In this document: in pieces, positions 11,450 through 24,370 of the stretch | Layout of the letters: each line of letters opens with the position of its first letter | How positions within the stretch are numbered: the stretch's first letter is position 1 | Source: Mobula hypostoma | Lineage: Eukaryota | Direction of reading: 5' to 3' | Length of the DNA: 64,000 bases | NCBI RefSeq assembly: GCF_963921235.1 | Contig: NC_086097.1 | Location: forward strand, 207,144,001 to 207,208,000 | Program-made: the position numbers and the translations under genes | Notes under the pieces: generated by a model | Database searches by the model: none | What the model was told of the DNA's origin: nothing | The model's input: only the letters and a program-made list of their open reading frames with translations

Positions 11450-12070
11450 CAGAATCAGAATCAGATTTATTATCACTGAAAAAAAGTTGTGATTTTTTTT
11501 ATTTTGCTGCAGCAGTACAGTGCAAGATATCAAAATTTCTATCCTACAAAATAGATAACAAATGCAAAAGGAACAGTTTCTTCCCCTCTGCCATCAGCTT
11601 TCAGAATGGACAATCAACCCATGTACAATACCTCACTTTTTTTATTTTATTGTTCTTTTTTGCACTACATATTAAATTTATATATATATTCTTATTAATA
11701 ACTTGTAGTTTTTTGTTATTATTACATATGGCACTGTACTGCTGCTGAAAAACAACAAATTTCACAACATTTGCCAATGAGATCAAACCTGATTCTGAGA
11801 ATGATTGTGTCAAATAAACCAATAGTGTTTATGGGTTTATGAGCTGTTCAGAAATCTGATGGTGGAAGGAAAGAAGCTGTTTTTAGAACATTAAGTGTGA
11901 GTCTTCAGGCTCCTGTACTCTCCCCCACTTCCCCCTGCCCCAATGGTAGCAATGCCAAGATGTCATGTCCTAAATGTTGAAGGTCTTTAATGAGGGATGC
12001 CACCTTCTTAAGGCAATGCCTCTTGAATATATCCTCAGTAGTGGGGATGGTTGTGCCTATAATGGAGTCG
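11450..12070 (-). mobile_element. Rex1/Babar-type LINE 3' fragments (mixed orientation)
   Basis: (CAGAAT)n tail; minus-strand EDIFKRHCLKKVASLIKDLQHLGH; a plus-strand 3'UTR piece at ~11570-11800. Confidence 0.55.
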
Positions 12071-12199
12071 AATAGTCTCAGTCCCAGGATAAACATTCAC
12101 ATTTTAGTACTGAGATGAGCAGAAATTTCTTTACTTAGAAATCTGAGGAATTCTCTTTCATAGAAGGTGGTGAAAGTAAAGTCACTAAATATATCATTT

Positions 12200-14260
12200 A
12201 TAGAACTAGAGGAAACAACATACTAGACCTCTGTTACACCGGCATCAAGAGCGCTTACCAGCTATACTTTGGAAAGTCTGATCACCTGGCTGTACTCCTA
12301 CTCCCTGAGTATAGGCAGAGTCTGAAGATTGCAGCAGCAGTAGTGAGGACCAAGAAGGTATGGACAAGGGAGGCACAGGAGCACTTACAGGACTGCTTTG
12401 AATTGGCGGACTGGACTGTATTCAAGGATTCATCTTCATCTCTGAATGAGTGTTCCACATCTGTCACTGACTTCTTTAAATCCTGTGTATGCTTAAGAGA
12501 ACATACTGTATATACCCAGATTAGAAGCCGTGGAGGAACCAGGAGATTCTTAGTCTACTGAGGTCTAGATCTGTGGCATTCAAGTCTGGTGACCCAAGTC
12601 TATATAAGAAAACCAGGTATGGGTTGTGGAGGGCTATGTCAAGGGCTAAGGGACAATTCTGAGCAAGGCTAGAGGCAACATTGGATGCACATTCAACTTT
12701 GGCAAGGTCTGCAGGCCAGTACTTCCTACAAAGCGAATGGCAGTGATGTTTCACTCCCAGATGAGCTCAATGCCTTTTATCCTTGCCTTGAAAGGGAGAA
12801 TAAAACTGCAGCTATGAGGATACTTGCAGCTTCCAGTAACCCGGTGATCTCTATCTTGGAGGCCAATGTCAGGCTGTCCTTCAAGAAGGTGAACCCTTGT
12901 AAAGCGACAGGTCCTGATGGAGTAACAGGTAAGGCTCTGAAAACCTGTACCAACCAACTAGCGGGGGTGATTGTAGCAATCTGCCATCGCTACAATCAGA
13001 AGTTCCCACCTGCTTCAGAAGCGCAACAATTATACTGGTGCCGAAGAAGAGTAGTGTGAGCTGCCTTAATGACTATCATCCAGTAGCACTGACATCTACA
13101 GTGATGAAATGCTTTGGGAGGTTTGTTACAGCTAGAATCACCTCTTGCCTCAGCAAGGACCTGGACCCACTGCAATTTTTCTATCGCTACATTAGGCCTA
13201 TGGTGGACACGATCTCATTGGCTCTCCATGTGGCCTTGGATCACCTGGGCAATACCAGGTGATCCTATGTCAGGATGCTGTTTCTTGACTACAACTCAGT
13301 GTTTAACACTATCATTCATACAGCTCTGATCAAAAGCTCCAGAGCCTGCGCCTCTGTACCTCTCCCTGCAAACGGATCCTCGACTTCCTAACCGGAAGAC
13401 CATAACCTCTGCAGATTGGTAATAATATCTCCACCTCGCTGACAATCAACATTGGCACACCTCATGACTGTGTGGATAGGCACAGCTCAAATGCCCAGCT
13501 ATAAATCTGCTGATGATACAACCATTTTTGGCAGGATCTCAGATAGTGGCAAGAAGGCGTACAACAGCAAGATATAGCAGCTGGTTGAGTCGTGACACAG
13601 CAAAAACCTTGCACTCAACATTAGTAAGACCATAGAACTGAGCGTGGACTTCAGAAAGGGTAAGTGGAGGATACACACACCAATCCTCATAGAGGAATCA
13701 GAAGTGGAGAGAGAGAGCAATTTTAAATTTCTGGGTGTCAATATCTCTGAGAATGTAACCTGGACCCGACATATTGATATAGCCATAAGGCAGGCAAGAG
13801 AGTGTTTGAGGAGATTTGGTACATCACCAAAAATACTAACAAATTTCTACAGATGTACACAGAGAGCATTCTAACTGGCTGCATCACCATCTGGTATGGG
13901 GAAGGGGTGGAACTACTGAACAGGCTCGAAGTAAGCTGCAGAGATCTGTAAAATTAGTCAGCTCCATCATGGGCACTAGCCTCCATAGTATCCAGGACTT
14001 CTTCAAGGAGTGATGCCTTAAAAAGATGGAGTCCAACATCACCCACGACATGCCCTCTTCTCATTGCTATCATGAGGAAGTACAGGAGCCTGAAGGCATA
14101 TGCTCGATGATTTAGGAACAGCTTCTTCCCCTCTTTCCCTCTGCCATCCAATTTCTGAATGGACATTGAACCCATGAACACTATCTCACAACTTTTTTAT
14201 TTCAAAATTTTATGTACTACTTATTTAACGTATATTTACTGCAATTCAATTTTTTTTCTC
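12200..14260 (+). mobile_element. Rex1/Babar LINE, degenerate
   Basis: KATGPDGVTGKALKTCTNQLAGV, PKKSSVSCLNDYHPVALTSTVMKCF, MDFRKG...FKFLGVNISENVTW; many stops and frameshifts. Confidence 0.85.
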
Positions 14261-15554
14261 TCTGTTAGTTACTTAAGAAGGAAATTGGATAGATGAAGAG
14301 GGGGAAGTGTGATCATAAAAGCAAGAGTGGGGAAAGATCAGCCAAAATTGCTCAAAATTGCACTTACTGTGGCAACATCCTCAGTGAGAATGTGGTGCAC
14401 AGTAGGAAAGGAATATCCAAGATGACACTGAGCTACTCACGTCTCCATGACTAGAGGACCAGACCCAGCAAAAGCACTGAAAGACGCACACTCTCCTAAC
14501 CCATCAAGCACCACTGTTGAGGCTGCAGGTACTACAATGGTTTCACCATCTTCCCCAGATCTAATGTGAAAACAAATTATCCTTGATCATGTCTAAAGCG
14601 GAAAAGCTTGGTGCATAACCAATACAGCAATGTGCGAGACTAATTGTGTTGTTATTAGGAAGCAGTTATGAGCAGAAATATCTAGATCAATATTTGTTAA
14701 TACTATAATTTATTCCATCAAACAGCATTGTTGTATTCCAGTCTTTTTCCAATATTTACATTATTTGCATGTTTTACATAAGTGCCAGTACCAATGGTAA
14801 TTCATAATAGCTATCTGATAATATTCCAAAGCAAGGTACATATTAAGCTTAAATTCTCAATGTGCAATATATTTTAACAGAGGTTCAGAACTAAAGTATT
14901 AAATTAATATTTTCATTGTTATTTGTAGAGAATAATGTTCAATTTACAGCTCCTATAGAAAGTGAATTGCATCGCATTCAAGCTCAGTGCAAATAATGAA
15001 ATAGACATCTTAACAAAATTGAGGAAGTATAATACAATGAAACAATCCATTGTAAAATAATTAGCACATCAGATTGGCCCATTTAAGTTCATGAGGAATC
15101 TTTAAATTTAAAACACAATAATCCAACACCAACTGCTTATAAAGCACAACATTCTCAATCAACAGCATGAAGCCCTGTCACCAAAAGGAGGACAAACTCC
15201 AAATAGAAATTGCAGCGAGTATAAAGCGCTCAATTGATATTTATTGTGGTAATTAGTGTATCTTCATTTTAGCTGTTTATCATAAACTTTGTGAATAGTG
15301 TAAGCTGCTTTATTATACAACTAATACCCATATAAGTACAATGATTTACCTTCCATCCTATAGATTAGAATATCACCTTTTTTGGCACTACTGTTAAACA
15401 GAACTTGTCGTGCTGGTAATTTATTATCTTGGTCCATTGCCAGCATCCTCTAAGAAGGGAGGTCAATACACTGTGAACCTATTCAAATTACTGCTTCGCT
15501 CAGGGTTTCTGCAGTTTTACATCGTTTCATCAGTGCAGATCATTATATAGAAAG

Positions 15555-15786
15555 TATTTAAATAAATAATTGGTTTATTTGATTTCTATGCAATAATCTT
15601 ATAGATCAAAGTTATGCTTAATTAACACAAAAAGTGGAATGTTCTCATACATACACATTTACATGTAAATAAAAAGCATTCAGCAGTTAAACAATGCTGT
15701 AAACCAAAGCAATATCAGCTGTAATTCCAATCCACTTTAAAGGCACTTCTGAGGCAACACACATTTCCATCTTCAGCAGCTTGGGT
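15555..15786 (-). other. ALKAL1: Probable non-coding terminal exon 5 (3'UTR) of ALKAL1
   Basis: Strong acceptor ATTTCTTTTTCTTGTAG (AG at 15788-15787), AT-rich non-repetitive sequence, AATAAA at 15579-15574 and further AATAAA sites downstream; a GTAAG donor follows exon 4. Confidence 0.6.
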
Positions 15787-15932
15787 CTACAAGAAAAAGA
15801 AATGTGAATTTATAAAATAGACTAAAACTGTTTCTCATGCAAATCATTCTTAGTAAACTGTGTATGCATTTGTTGTGTGCCATATAGACTAAACCTTCAA
15901 AGTTTCATAAGAACCTATCCTCCAATGCTAGT

Positions 15933-16134
15933 AAACAACAGGAATTCTGCAGATGCTGGAAATTCAAGCAACGCACATAAAAGTTGCTTGTGAACGCAGC
16001 AGGCCAGGCAGCATCTCTAGGAAGAGGTGCAGTCGACGTTTCAGGCCGAGACCCTTCGTCCTGACGTCGACTGCACCTCTTCCTAGAGATGCTGCCTGGC
16101 CTGCTGCGTTCACCAGCAACTTTCATGTGTGTTG
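15933..16134 (-). mobile_element. Penelope-derived fold-back (inverted pLTR) mini-insertion
   Basis: 13-bp TSD CTCCAATGCTAGT (15920-15932 / 16135-16147); ~72-bp inverted arms 15968-16039 / 16064-16135; same family as 22978-23441 and 62836-63028. Confidence 0.85.
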
Positions 16135-16229
16135 CTCCAATGCTAGTGATGGGGATGCATTTTCCCCTCAGTGCAGGAATCCCATGATAGTAGGAGAGCA
16201 TTTTGGAGGTATCTTCTTTATCATAGCAC

Positions 16230-18369
16230 TGAAGAGGGATAGGAGCAGACAATTTGCAAAAATATTTAATTGGGGTAAGGGGAAATATGATGCTATTAGG
16301 CAAGAACTTGGGAGCATAAATTGGGAATAGATGTACTCAGGGAAATTCACGGCAGAAAAGTAGCAAATGTTTAGGGAACATTTGCATGGCATTTTGCATA
16401 GGTATGTTCCATTGAGGCAGGGAAAGGATGGTTGGGTAAAAACACCATGCTGTACAAAGGATGTGGAAAATCTGGTTAAGAAGAAATGAAAAACTTATGA
16501 AAGGTTCAGGAAACTGATAGAGTTCTAGAAAATTACAAGGTTGCCAGGAAGGTGCTTAAGAATGAAATTAGGAGAGCTAGAAGGGGACATGAGAAGGCCT
16601 TGGTGTGCAGGATTAAGGAAAACCGCAAGGCATTCCACAAGTATGCGAAGAGCAAGAAGATGAGTTGGATAGGACCAAGCAGATGCAATACTTAATGCAT
16701 ACTTTGCTTCAGTATTCACCAGGAAAAAGGACCTTGTCAATTGTGGGGATTACTTATAGTGGACTGAAACGCTTGAACATAGAGACTTTAAGAGAGATGA
16801 TGTGCTGGAACTTTTAAAAAGCATTGAGTTAGATAAGTCACTGGGACCCGAAGAGATATAACCCAGGCTACTGTGGAAAGTGAGGAAGGAGATTGCTGAG
16901 TCTCCTGCAATGATCTTTGCATCATCAATATGGACTGGAAAAGTACCAGAGGACTGGAGGGTTACAAATGTTGTTCCTTGTTCAAAAAAGGGAGTAGAGA
17001 TAACCCAGGAAATTATAGGCCATTGAGTCTTACTTCAGTGATAGGCAAATTGTTGGAGAAGATCCTGAGAGGCAGGATTTATGAGCATTTGGAGAGACAT
17101 AATCTGATTAGGGATGGTCCGAATAGCTTTGTCAAGTGCAGGTCGTGCCTTACAAGCCTGATTGAATTCTTTGAGGATGTAACAAAACCTATTGTCGAAG
17201 GTAGAGCAATGGATGTAGTGCATATGGATTTCAGTAAGGCTCCCCATGCAAGGCTCCTTCAGAAAGTAAGGAGACATGGGATCCAAGGAGACCTTGTTTT
17301 GTGGGTCCAGAATTAGCTTGCCTACTTAAGGCAAAGGATGGTTGTAGATGGTTCGTATTCTGCATGGAGTTTGGTGACCAGTAGTGTTCTGCATGTGTCT
17401 GTTCTTGGACCCCTCCTCTGTGATTTTTATAAATGACCTGGATGAAGAAGTAGAAGGGTGGGTTAGTAAGTTTGTTGATGACACAGAGGTTAGGGCCTTT
17501 TGTGGATAGTCTGGAGGATTGTCAGAGGTTATAGCGGAACATCAATATGTTGCAGAACTGGGCTGAGAAGTGGCAGATGAAGAAGTGTGAAGTGGTTCAC
17601 TTTGGTAGGTCAAATTTCAAGGTAGAGTATAGTATCAATGGTAAGTTGCTTGGCAGTGTGGCAGATCAGAGAGATCTTGGGGTCTATGTCCATAGGACAC
17701 TAGGACAGTCAGAGCTGCTGCGCAGGTTGACAGCGTTGCTAAGAAGGCGTATGGTGCATTGGCATTCATCAACCCTGGGACTGAGTTCAAGAGCTATGAG
17801 GTAATGTTACAGCTATGCAAGACCTTGATCAGACCCCACTGGGAGTACTGTGTTCAGTTTCTGGTCACCTCACTACAGAAAGGATTGAATACTATAGAAA
17901 GAGTGCAGAGGAGATTTACAAGGTTGTTGCCTGGATTGGGGAGCATGCCTTATGAGTATAGGTTGAGTGAACTTGGCCTTTTCCCCTTGGAGCAATGGAG
18001 AATGAGAGGTGACCTGATAGAGGTGTATAAGACAATGAGGGGCACTGTGGATAGCTAGAGGCACTTTCCCAGGGCTGAAGTGGCTAACATGAGGGGCATA
18101 GTTTTAAGGTGCTTGGAGGGGATGTCAGAGGTAAGTTTTTCACACAGAGAGTGGTGGGTGTGTGGAATGCACTGCCAGTGACGGAGGTGGAGATGGATAC
18201 AATAGGGTCTTTTAAGAGACTCTTAAATAGGTACATGGAGCTTAGAAAAATAGAGGGCAATGCAGTAAGGTAATTCTAGGCAGTTTCTAGAGTAGGTTAC
18301 ATGGTCGCACAACATAGGGGTCTGAAGGGCCTGTAATGTGCTGTAGATTTCTATGTTCCATGTTCTATA
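16230..18369 (+). mobile_element. CR1 LINE, 5'-truncated and degenerate
   Basis: FKKGSRDNPGNYRPLSLTSVIGKLLEKIL, MDFSKA, RPHWEYCVQF; (TTCTATG)-type tail. Confidence 0.88.
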
Positions 18370-18896
18370 GTCTGGGGAGGAATATTGCAAATGGAAGTAC
18401 AGTGGGAATGCACAGTGTGCATCCTTACAATCATTCTAGTTCACCAAAACTTTATTAATTTTTTTTTGCAAACACACAATGTCAAGACTTTGCGAATTTC
18501 TTCTATTCCCTGGCCTCTCCCATGACTTTTTCCATCCCTTTTCTTACTACCAGTTCTTTTCTTTGTCTTTCCATTCCTTCCCCATGGACCTATACATTAA
18601 TCTAACAGCTTTCTAGAAATCACACTGGTCATTGAATCCATAAAACCCCACCCTATGACTGGAATGCTAACATTCTCTCCCTGTTCCTTCCACTTCAAAC
18701 AATATTCAAAATGGTAATTTGGGGTAAATGGGCTTGAAGTTCAGAGTAGCCTTTATAATTTGGAATGATAGTGAATGCTCAAGGGACTGAATAACCTACT
18801 CTGATATATTCTGGAAACAGAGGGGAAGCATTTGATTTGATGGAAGTATTTAAAAGTTATGGATATTATTGAATGGAAGATAATAGAAAGTAAAGA

Positions 18897-19463
18897 AACG
18901 CTCCATCCACCAGAATAAGCAAGATCTCCCGGTGGCCACCCATTTCAATTCTACTTCCCATTCACATTCCGACATGTCAGTCCATGGCCTCCTCTGCTGC
19001 CGCAATGAGGCCACACACAGGTTGGAGGAGCAACATCTTATATCCCGTCTGGGTAGCTTCTAACCTGATGGCATGAACATCGATTTCTCAAACTTCCGGT
19101 ACTTGCCACCCCCTTCACCATTCCCATCCCTGTTTCCCTCTCTAACCTTATCTTCTTACTTGCCCATCACCTCCCCTTTCTTCCATGTTCTTCTACCTTC
19201 TCCTATCAGATTCCCCCTTCTCTAGCCCTTTAACTCTTACACCAATCAAATTCCAAGCTCTTTACTTTACCCGTCCCCCTCACCTTGTTTCACCCATCAC
19301 CAACTATCTTAGACTTCCTCCTTTCCTCCCCCCATATTCTTACTCCGACCTCTCATCTTTTTTTTTCAGTCCTGATGAAGGGTCTCGGCCCGAAACATCG
19401 ATTGTTTACTCTTTTCCATAGACGCTGCCTGTCTGCTGAGTTCCTCCAGCATTTTGTGTGTGT
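18897..19463 (+). mobile_element. Penelope-like element 3' end (GIY-YIG C-terminus, pyrimidine-rich tract, pLTR)
   Basis: Translates RSIHQNKQDLPVATHFNSTSHSHSDMSVHGLLCCRNEATHRLEEQHLISRLG..PDGMNIDFSNFR; hammerhead motif at 19367-19404. Confidence 0.85.
19367..19404 (+). ncRNA. Minimal type I hammerhead ribozyme motif
   Basis: CAGTC-CTGATGA-AGGGTCTCGGCCC-GAAA-CA-TC-GATTG; stem I CAGTC/GATTG, stem II GGG/CCC. Confidence 0.7.
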
Positions 19464-20644
19464 TACTGTTGGCCCATTTTGACAAGTTGCTTTTTTTTTT
19501 GGTTTTTGTGTGACAAATCACATCTGATTTTGCTTGAGAAGGCACGAAAAAGCAGTGACCAATGCAACCGATCTCTAAGACGTGATTGATTGTTTGGAGT
19601 GATGTAGAATGGATGTAATAGCAAAGAATGATTGATGGCATGTAGGTCTATGATGGCCACCTGTATGAATTTTGCATTAATAAAGGCAAACCTGATAATC
19701 TTAGCTGCAATTTCCTCAACATTACATTCTCCATTACTACTTTCCCTATATTCCTTCAGGACATACACTGCAGGTGCCTAGACCTTCTGCTCTCTTATGC
19801 TGTGAACACCACAACCATTCCAAGGACACTGAACATTATGGAATAAAAGAAACCTGCATTTCCGCCTCCACACACAAAGTACATCCTAAGCAGCTGATAG
19901 CTTTTTCAATTATATCTCTGGTAGCTATGCAGTAATAATTACGGTGTTGTTGAGTTTAATAATTCAGATCAATAATCATTTGCATCTCCTAAGTTCTAAG
20001 TAGTTAGGCCTTGCCTGCTAATTGTCATTCATTGAATCTTTCTGTAACTCCAAAGTTATCCAGGACCTTGGTATGGCAACTCTAACAATTCTTGGACACA
20101 CGTACAGAGATATAATTTTGGGCTATACTCCATTTGCATTTTAATGACTGTTCATCCAGCTGCACAATTTTTCCAGGATTCTGGGAATTTAGAACAAAAC
20201 TTAAATGGTTCCAGAAGTATTTTCACTGGACCATTGATTTAAGATAATAAGAAAATCAGCTTTAGCTTTCTAGTTTTCATGCTAACATGGGATCTGTTAA
20301 AAAAACATATCAAATTGCAATTTAAACTCTAGCATTCCTGTCACCCAGTTATATAACTCACTCCATTATGTTGTTCCATCTGTTCATTATCCTTCCCTAA
20401 TCTGGTTCCACTTATCATCTTCTTTATTTATCAGCATCTGTAGTCCCTTGCATCTCCGTATCATTTCCAGCCTTTATCTCTACGTCCAGCATCCCCTCCT
20501 CAATTTGTCTCCATTGGCCTTTTCTCTCTCTCTTTCTCACTCTCTCTCACTCTTTCCCTCCCTCTCTTTATCTGTCTCTACTTATCAGCTACCAGTCACT
20601 TTACCCCAACTCCATCTCCCCTCCTCAGGTGGTTGCTCCGATCA

Positions 20645-21505
20645 ACAGACAGGTTCCAAATCCTCTAACTTCCCACTATTTTTCTATATTGTATGCTCCC
20701 TCTTTTGTTCTTATGCTGTTTTTGACTTTCCTTGTCAGCCATGGTTGCCTCATCCTCCCTTTGGAATCCTTCTTCTTCTTTGGGATGTATCCACCCTGTA
20801 CCTTCCGAATTCATCCCAGAAACTCCAGCCACTGCCGTTCTGCCATCATCGCTGCTTGTCTCCTCTTCTAATCAACTTTTGTCAGCTCCTCTCTCACGTC
20901 TCCATAATTCCTTTTATTCCACTCTAATACCGATACACCTGGCTTTTGCTTCTCCCTCTCAAACTGCATGGTGTCATATTATGTTCAAGCTTCCTAAGGG
21001 TCCCTATCCGATCAGGTTCATTACCAACACCCAATCCAGAATTGCCTTTCCCCTAGTGGGCTCAACCACAAGCTACTCTAAATGCCATCTCACAGACAAT
21101 CCCTCTCTGGGGATCCAGCACCAGCCTGATTTTCCCAATCTACCTACATGGTGAAATCCTCCAAAACTATTGCAACATTCCTCTTTTTACATCTTTTCTA
21201 TCCCCCATTGTAATCCTGATTAGTGTTCGGAGGTCTTTATATAACTCCCAACAGGGTCTTTTTACACTTGCAGTTTCTTTTGCTAGACCTGAAAGCACCA
21301 TACAGGGTTGAAGGCAAGATTCTTAACAGTGTGTAGGACTGAGGTATCTTGGGATTTACATCCATAAATCCTTTTAAGTTGTAGCACAAGTTGATAAGAA
21401 GGTTAAGAAGGTGTATGGTGAGTTGGACTTCATTAGTCATGGCATTGAGTTGAAGAGCCATGAGATATTGTTGCAACTCCATAAAACTCTGGTTAGACCA
21501 CATCC
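20645..21505. mobile_element. Degenerate CR1 fragments (minus ~20645-21280, plus ~21285-21505)
   Basis: Recognisably similar to the CR1 ORF2 at 8500-9200 (reverse complement) and to the FISHGIELKSHEILLQLHKTLVRPH segment. Confidence 0.65.
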
Positions 21506-22576
21506 TACCTGCACTTGTATTTACCTCCCTCCCCCCCCCACCAAGCTCCATCTGCCTCCACCTCTAACTCCCCTACTTCTGTCTCCAAACTGCAACTCTA
21601 TCTCTCCCCCGCCTGACTCCATATGCCCATCATGTTTCATCCTTCCTTGTTCCAATAGTCACCTACTTGCCCCTGTCTTACGACAACCTCTCGCCTCTTT
21701 CTACTATCCTCTCTCTCCACTCCCACTACTGTTGTAGCCGTGCTCCTCTATCCTCTCCGCCTGAGAAGATACTGCTCAGTCTGCTGAGTACCAGCGGCAG
21801 ATTGTTTGTTGCCATAAGTGAAAAGAAGGCGGCTAACTGTTCAATACCAATTAATGTTTTCTAGCTAGTTGCACAGGCTTGCTCTCTGAACAATGTAACA
21901 ACATTGCACCTTCCTTCCTAGTCCCACATAAAAGTGGCGCATTTCCAAAGCTGGCACCATTTTCAGCCAGAACCTAACACCTGGACTTTCTACCATCTTC
22001 CTCTTTCACCGTGACATGTTGTCCATTAAATTAAGATATACTTACAGTGACATCAGTTTAACAACATGCACAAATTCTAATGCACAAATAGATTATATAC
22101 TGTATATTCGCACGATATACTTAACACCAATGTAGAGCCCTTTACTTATCCTCTACTTCCTCACAAACATCTACTACCTTTAATACACAAGGAAGTAGAT
22201 CACTCAGAACAATGAAAGTATTACAGACGAGCCTGACTTGTGATAGGAACAAATTCCTGGGTAACATTTCGTTAAATGAAACGTTTTGAAAATTTAGACT
22301 AGACACATTAGAGGTAATTTGGAGTTGTTTATTCTAATAGATCAAGAATGACATTTTATTCATTATGGCAAATATTCAAACAGAAGATGCACAGCTTAAA
22401 TGTTCAAAATGTTTACAGTGAAAATGAACCATGGAAATATTGCAAACATTTAAAATTAATCGAGTTACTGATCTTTCCTCAATCCTAAAAGCTTCAACAT
22501 TTCCTCTCATGGGTAAAGAAATATCAGCCTCTACTGCTACAAACATTTCATGTATGTATACTTACATGGCAAATAT

Positions 22577-22641
22577 TTACGGTTGTGTACATAAAGGACT
22601 CACAGCTAATCTTGTAAGCAACCTTGCACATCTTTTGTAAT
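22577..22641 (-). CDS. ALKAL1: ALKAL1 exon 4 coding part (exon 22641-22566): (Y)YKRCARLLTRLAVSPLCTQP*
   Basis: Acceptor TTTTTTTAATGTTTCAG, phase 1, TAA at 22579-22577, donor GTAAG at 22565; matches the conserved ALKAL C-terminus. Confidence 0.96.
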
Positions 22642-22977
22642 CTGAAACATTAAAAAAACAAAATAGCATTGCTTAATTTAATACTTATAAAACAATTCTG
22701 TGAACAACATTAATCAAAATGTCTTCGAATTATTGAAGTTTTTTTAAAATAAAACATTACAGTTAGGTGAAATACCAGAAGGTTAGGTACCATGAATAAA
22801 ATTTGGATCTCCTGGTGCAGAAGTATGAACTACAAAGAAGTGCATTTTACCAAACTTAAACACGTACAATCAGATTTTCATCAACAGCACTAGATTAAAA
22901 TTAAACACCTACAACTGTGTAGAGTGTTTTAAACTTTGAGATGTTCCAATGTCCTTTCTGATCTATGACATAGTATT

Positions 22978-23441
22978 TTTAAACGCAAACAACAGGAATT
23001 CTGCAGATGCTGGAAATTCAAGCAACATACATCAAAGTTGCTGGTGAGCGCAGCAGGCCAAGCAGCATCTATAGGAAGAGGCGCAGTCGACGTTTCAGGC
23101 CGAGACCCTTCGTCAGGACTAACTGAAGGAAGAGTGAGTAAGGGATTTGAAAGCTGGAGGGGGAGGGGGAGATGCAAAATGATAGGAGAAGACAGGAGGG
23201 GGAGGGATAGAGCCAAAAGCTGGACAGGTGATAGGCAAAAGGGGATACGAGAGGATCATGGGGGACAGGAGGCCTAGGGAGAAAGACGGGGGGGGTGACC
23301 CAGAGGATGGGCAAGAGGTATATTCAGAGGGACAGAGGGAGAAAAAGGAGAGTGAGAGAAAGAATGTGTGCATAAAAATGAGTAACAGCTGGGGTACGAG
23401 GGGGAGGTGGGGCCTAGCGGAAGTTAGAGAAGTCAATGTTC
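22978..23441 (-). mobile_element. Penelope-like element 3' end / pLTR
   Basis: 13-bp TSD ATGACATAGTATT (22965-22977 / 23442-23454); begins MNIDFSNFR on the minus strand; hammerhead motif. Confidence 0.88.
23084..23121 (-). ncRNA. Minimal type I hammerhead ribozyme motif with intact core
   Basis: Minus strand TAGTC-CTGACGA-AGGGTCTCGGCCT-GAAA-CG-TC-GACTG; stem I TAGTC/GACTG, GUC cleavage triplet, palindromic ACGT in place of stem III. Confidence 0.75.
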
Positions 23442-24370
23442 ATGACATAGTATTGATGTGTTATAATGTTAAATTGGCAAATGCCCTTCACCTATCAAGT
23501 ACGTGGATCATGATAATACGTGATAACACTACTGGGGTGTTGGGAGTGTAAGGACAACTCTCATACTTGCAGGTACAACACATCAGCCTGAAACTCAATC
23601 ACAGCTCAAGACAAGCTTCATTTTCACAGAATTAGAAATCTAATAAGGATGGTAATAAGGAACCTGACTAATTCCAGCCACTTCTGACACTTACTAATTC
23701 ATGGGAAACAAAAGGTAAAGTGAAGGAAGGCTGGTGGTAAAACATAGAGGGAAAATGATTCCCTCTGCTGCCCTCACAGAGATGTAGCACTTCTCCAACT
23801 CTGTGTACAACAAAGACTCCCTACATTATATTGGTATCAGGAGAGGAGATTGGCTAGACAGTGGAGATATGTATCCTCACTGTCCTTTATTTTCTCTTCT
23901 TCCATGATACCCTTTGTACTGTTGCTGGGGCTATCATGGAGGGCGAGATGCTTCCCATGACATCCAATGGCAATAGGAAAGCAGTTGTTATCTCTGCAGG
24001 AAACTGCCATTGGGAATGATGAAAATTGCATTTCAACATGCCAAAGATGGGAGGAAACATGCAAACAATGTTTAAAAAAGGTAAATTTCAACAGTTTCAC
24101 TGTTTTCTAAAGATCCCTTAATTAGATAGTAATAGTACCATGCACACAATTTGAGAGTAAAATCTAATTTCTAGTCAATAATCTTCTTTTAATTTTTTTT
24201 GTTTTCTTCTCTCTGTGAAGAATGGGTATGAAATATCAAAGAACATTCTCTCTGTGTAATATGGCATTCACATACACAGTGTATTTACAAAAGAAGTGCT
24301 ATTACAGCCTTATTGTGAAATTATTTGCAAGAAAAGATCCAAGTAAATTCTATAACACAATGACAATGTT

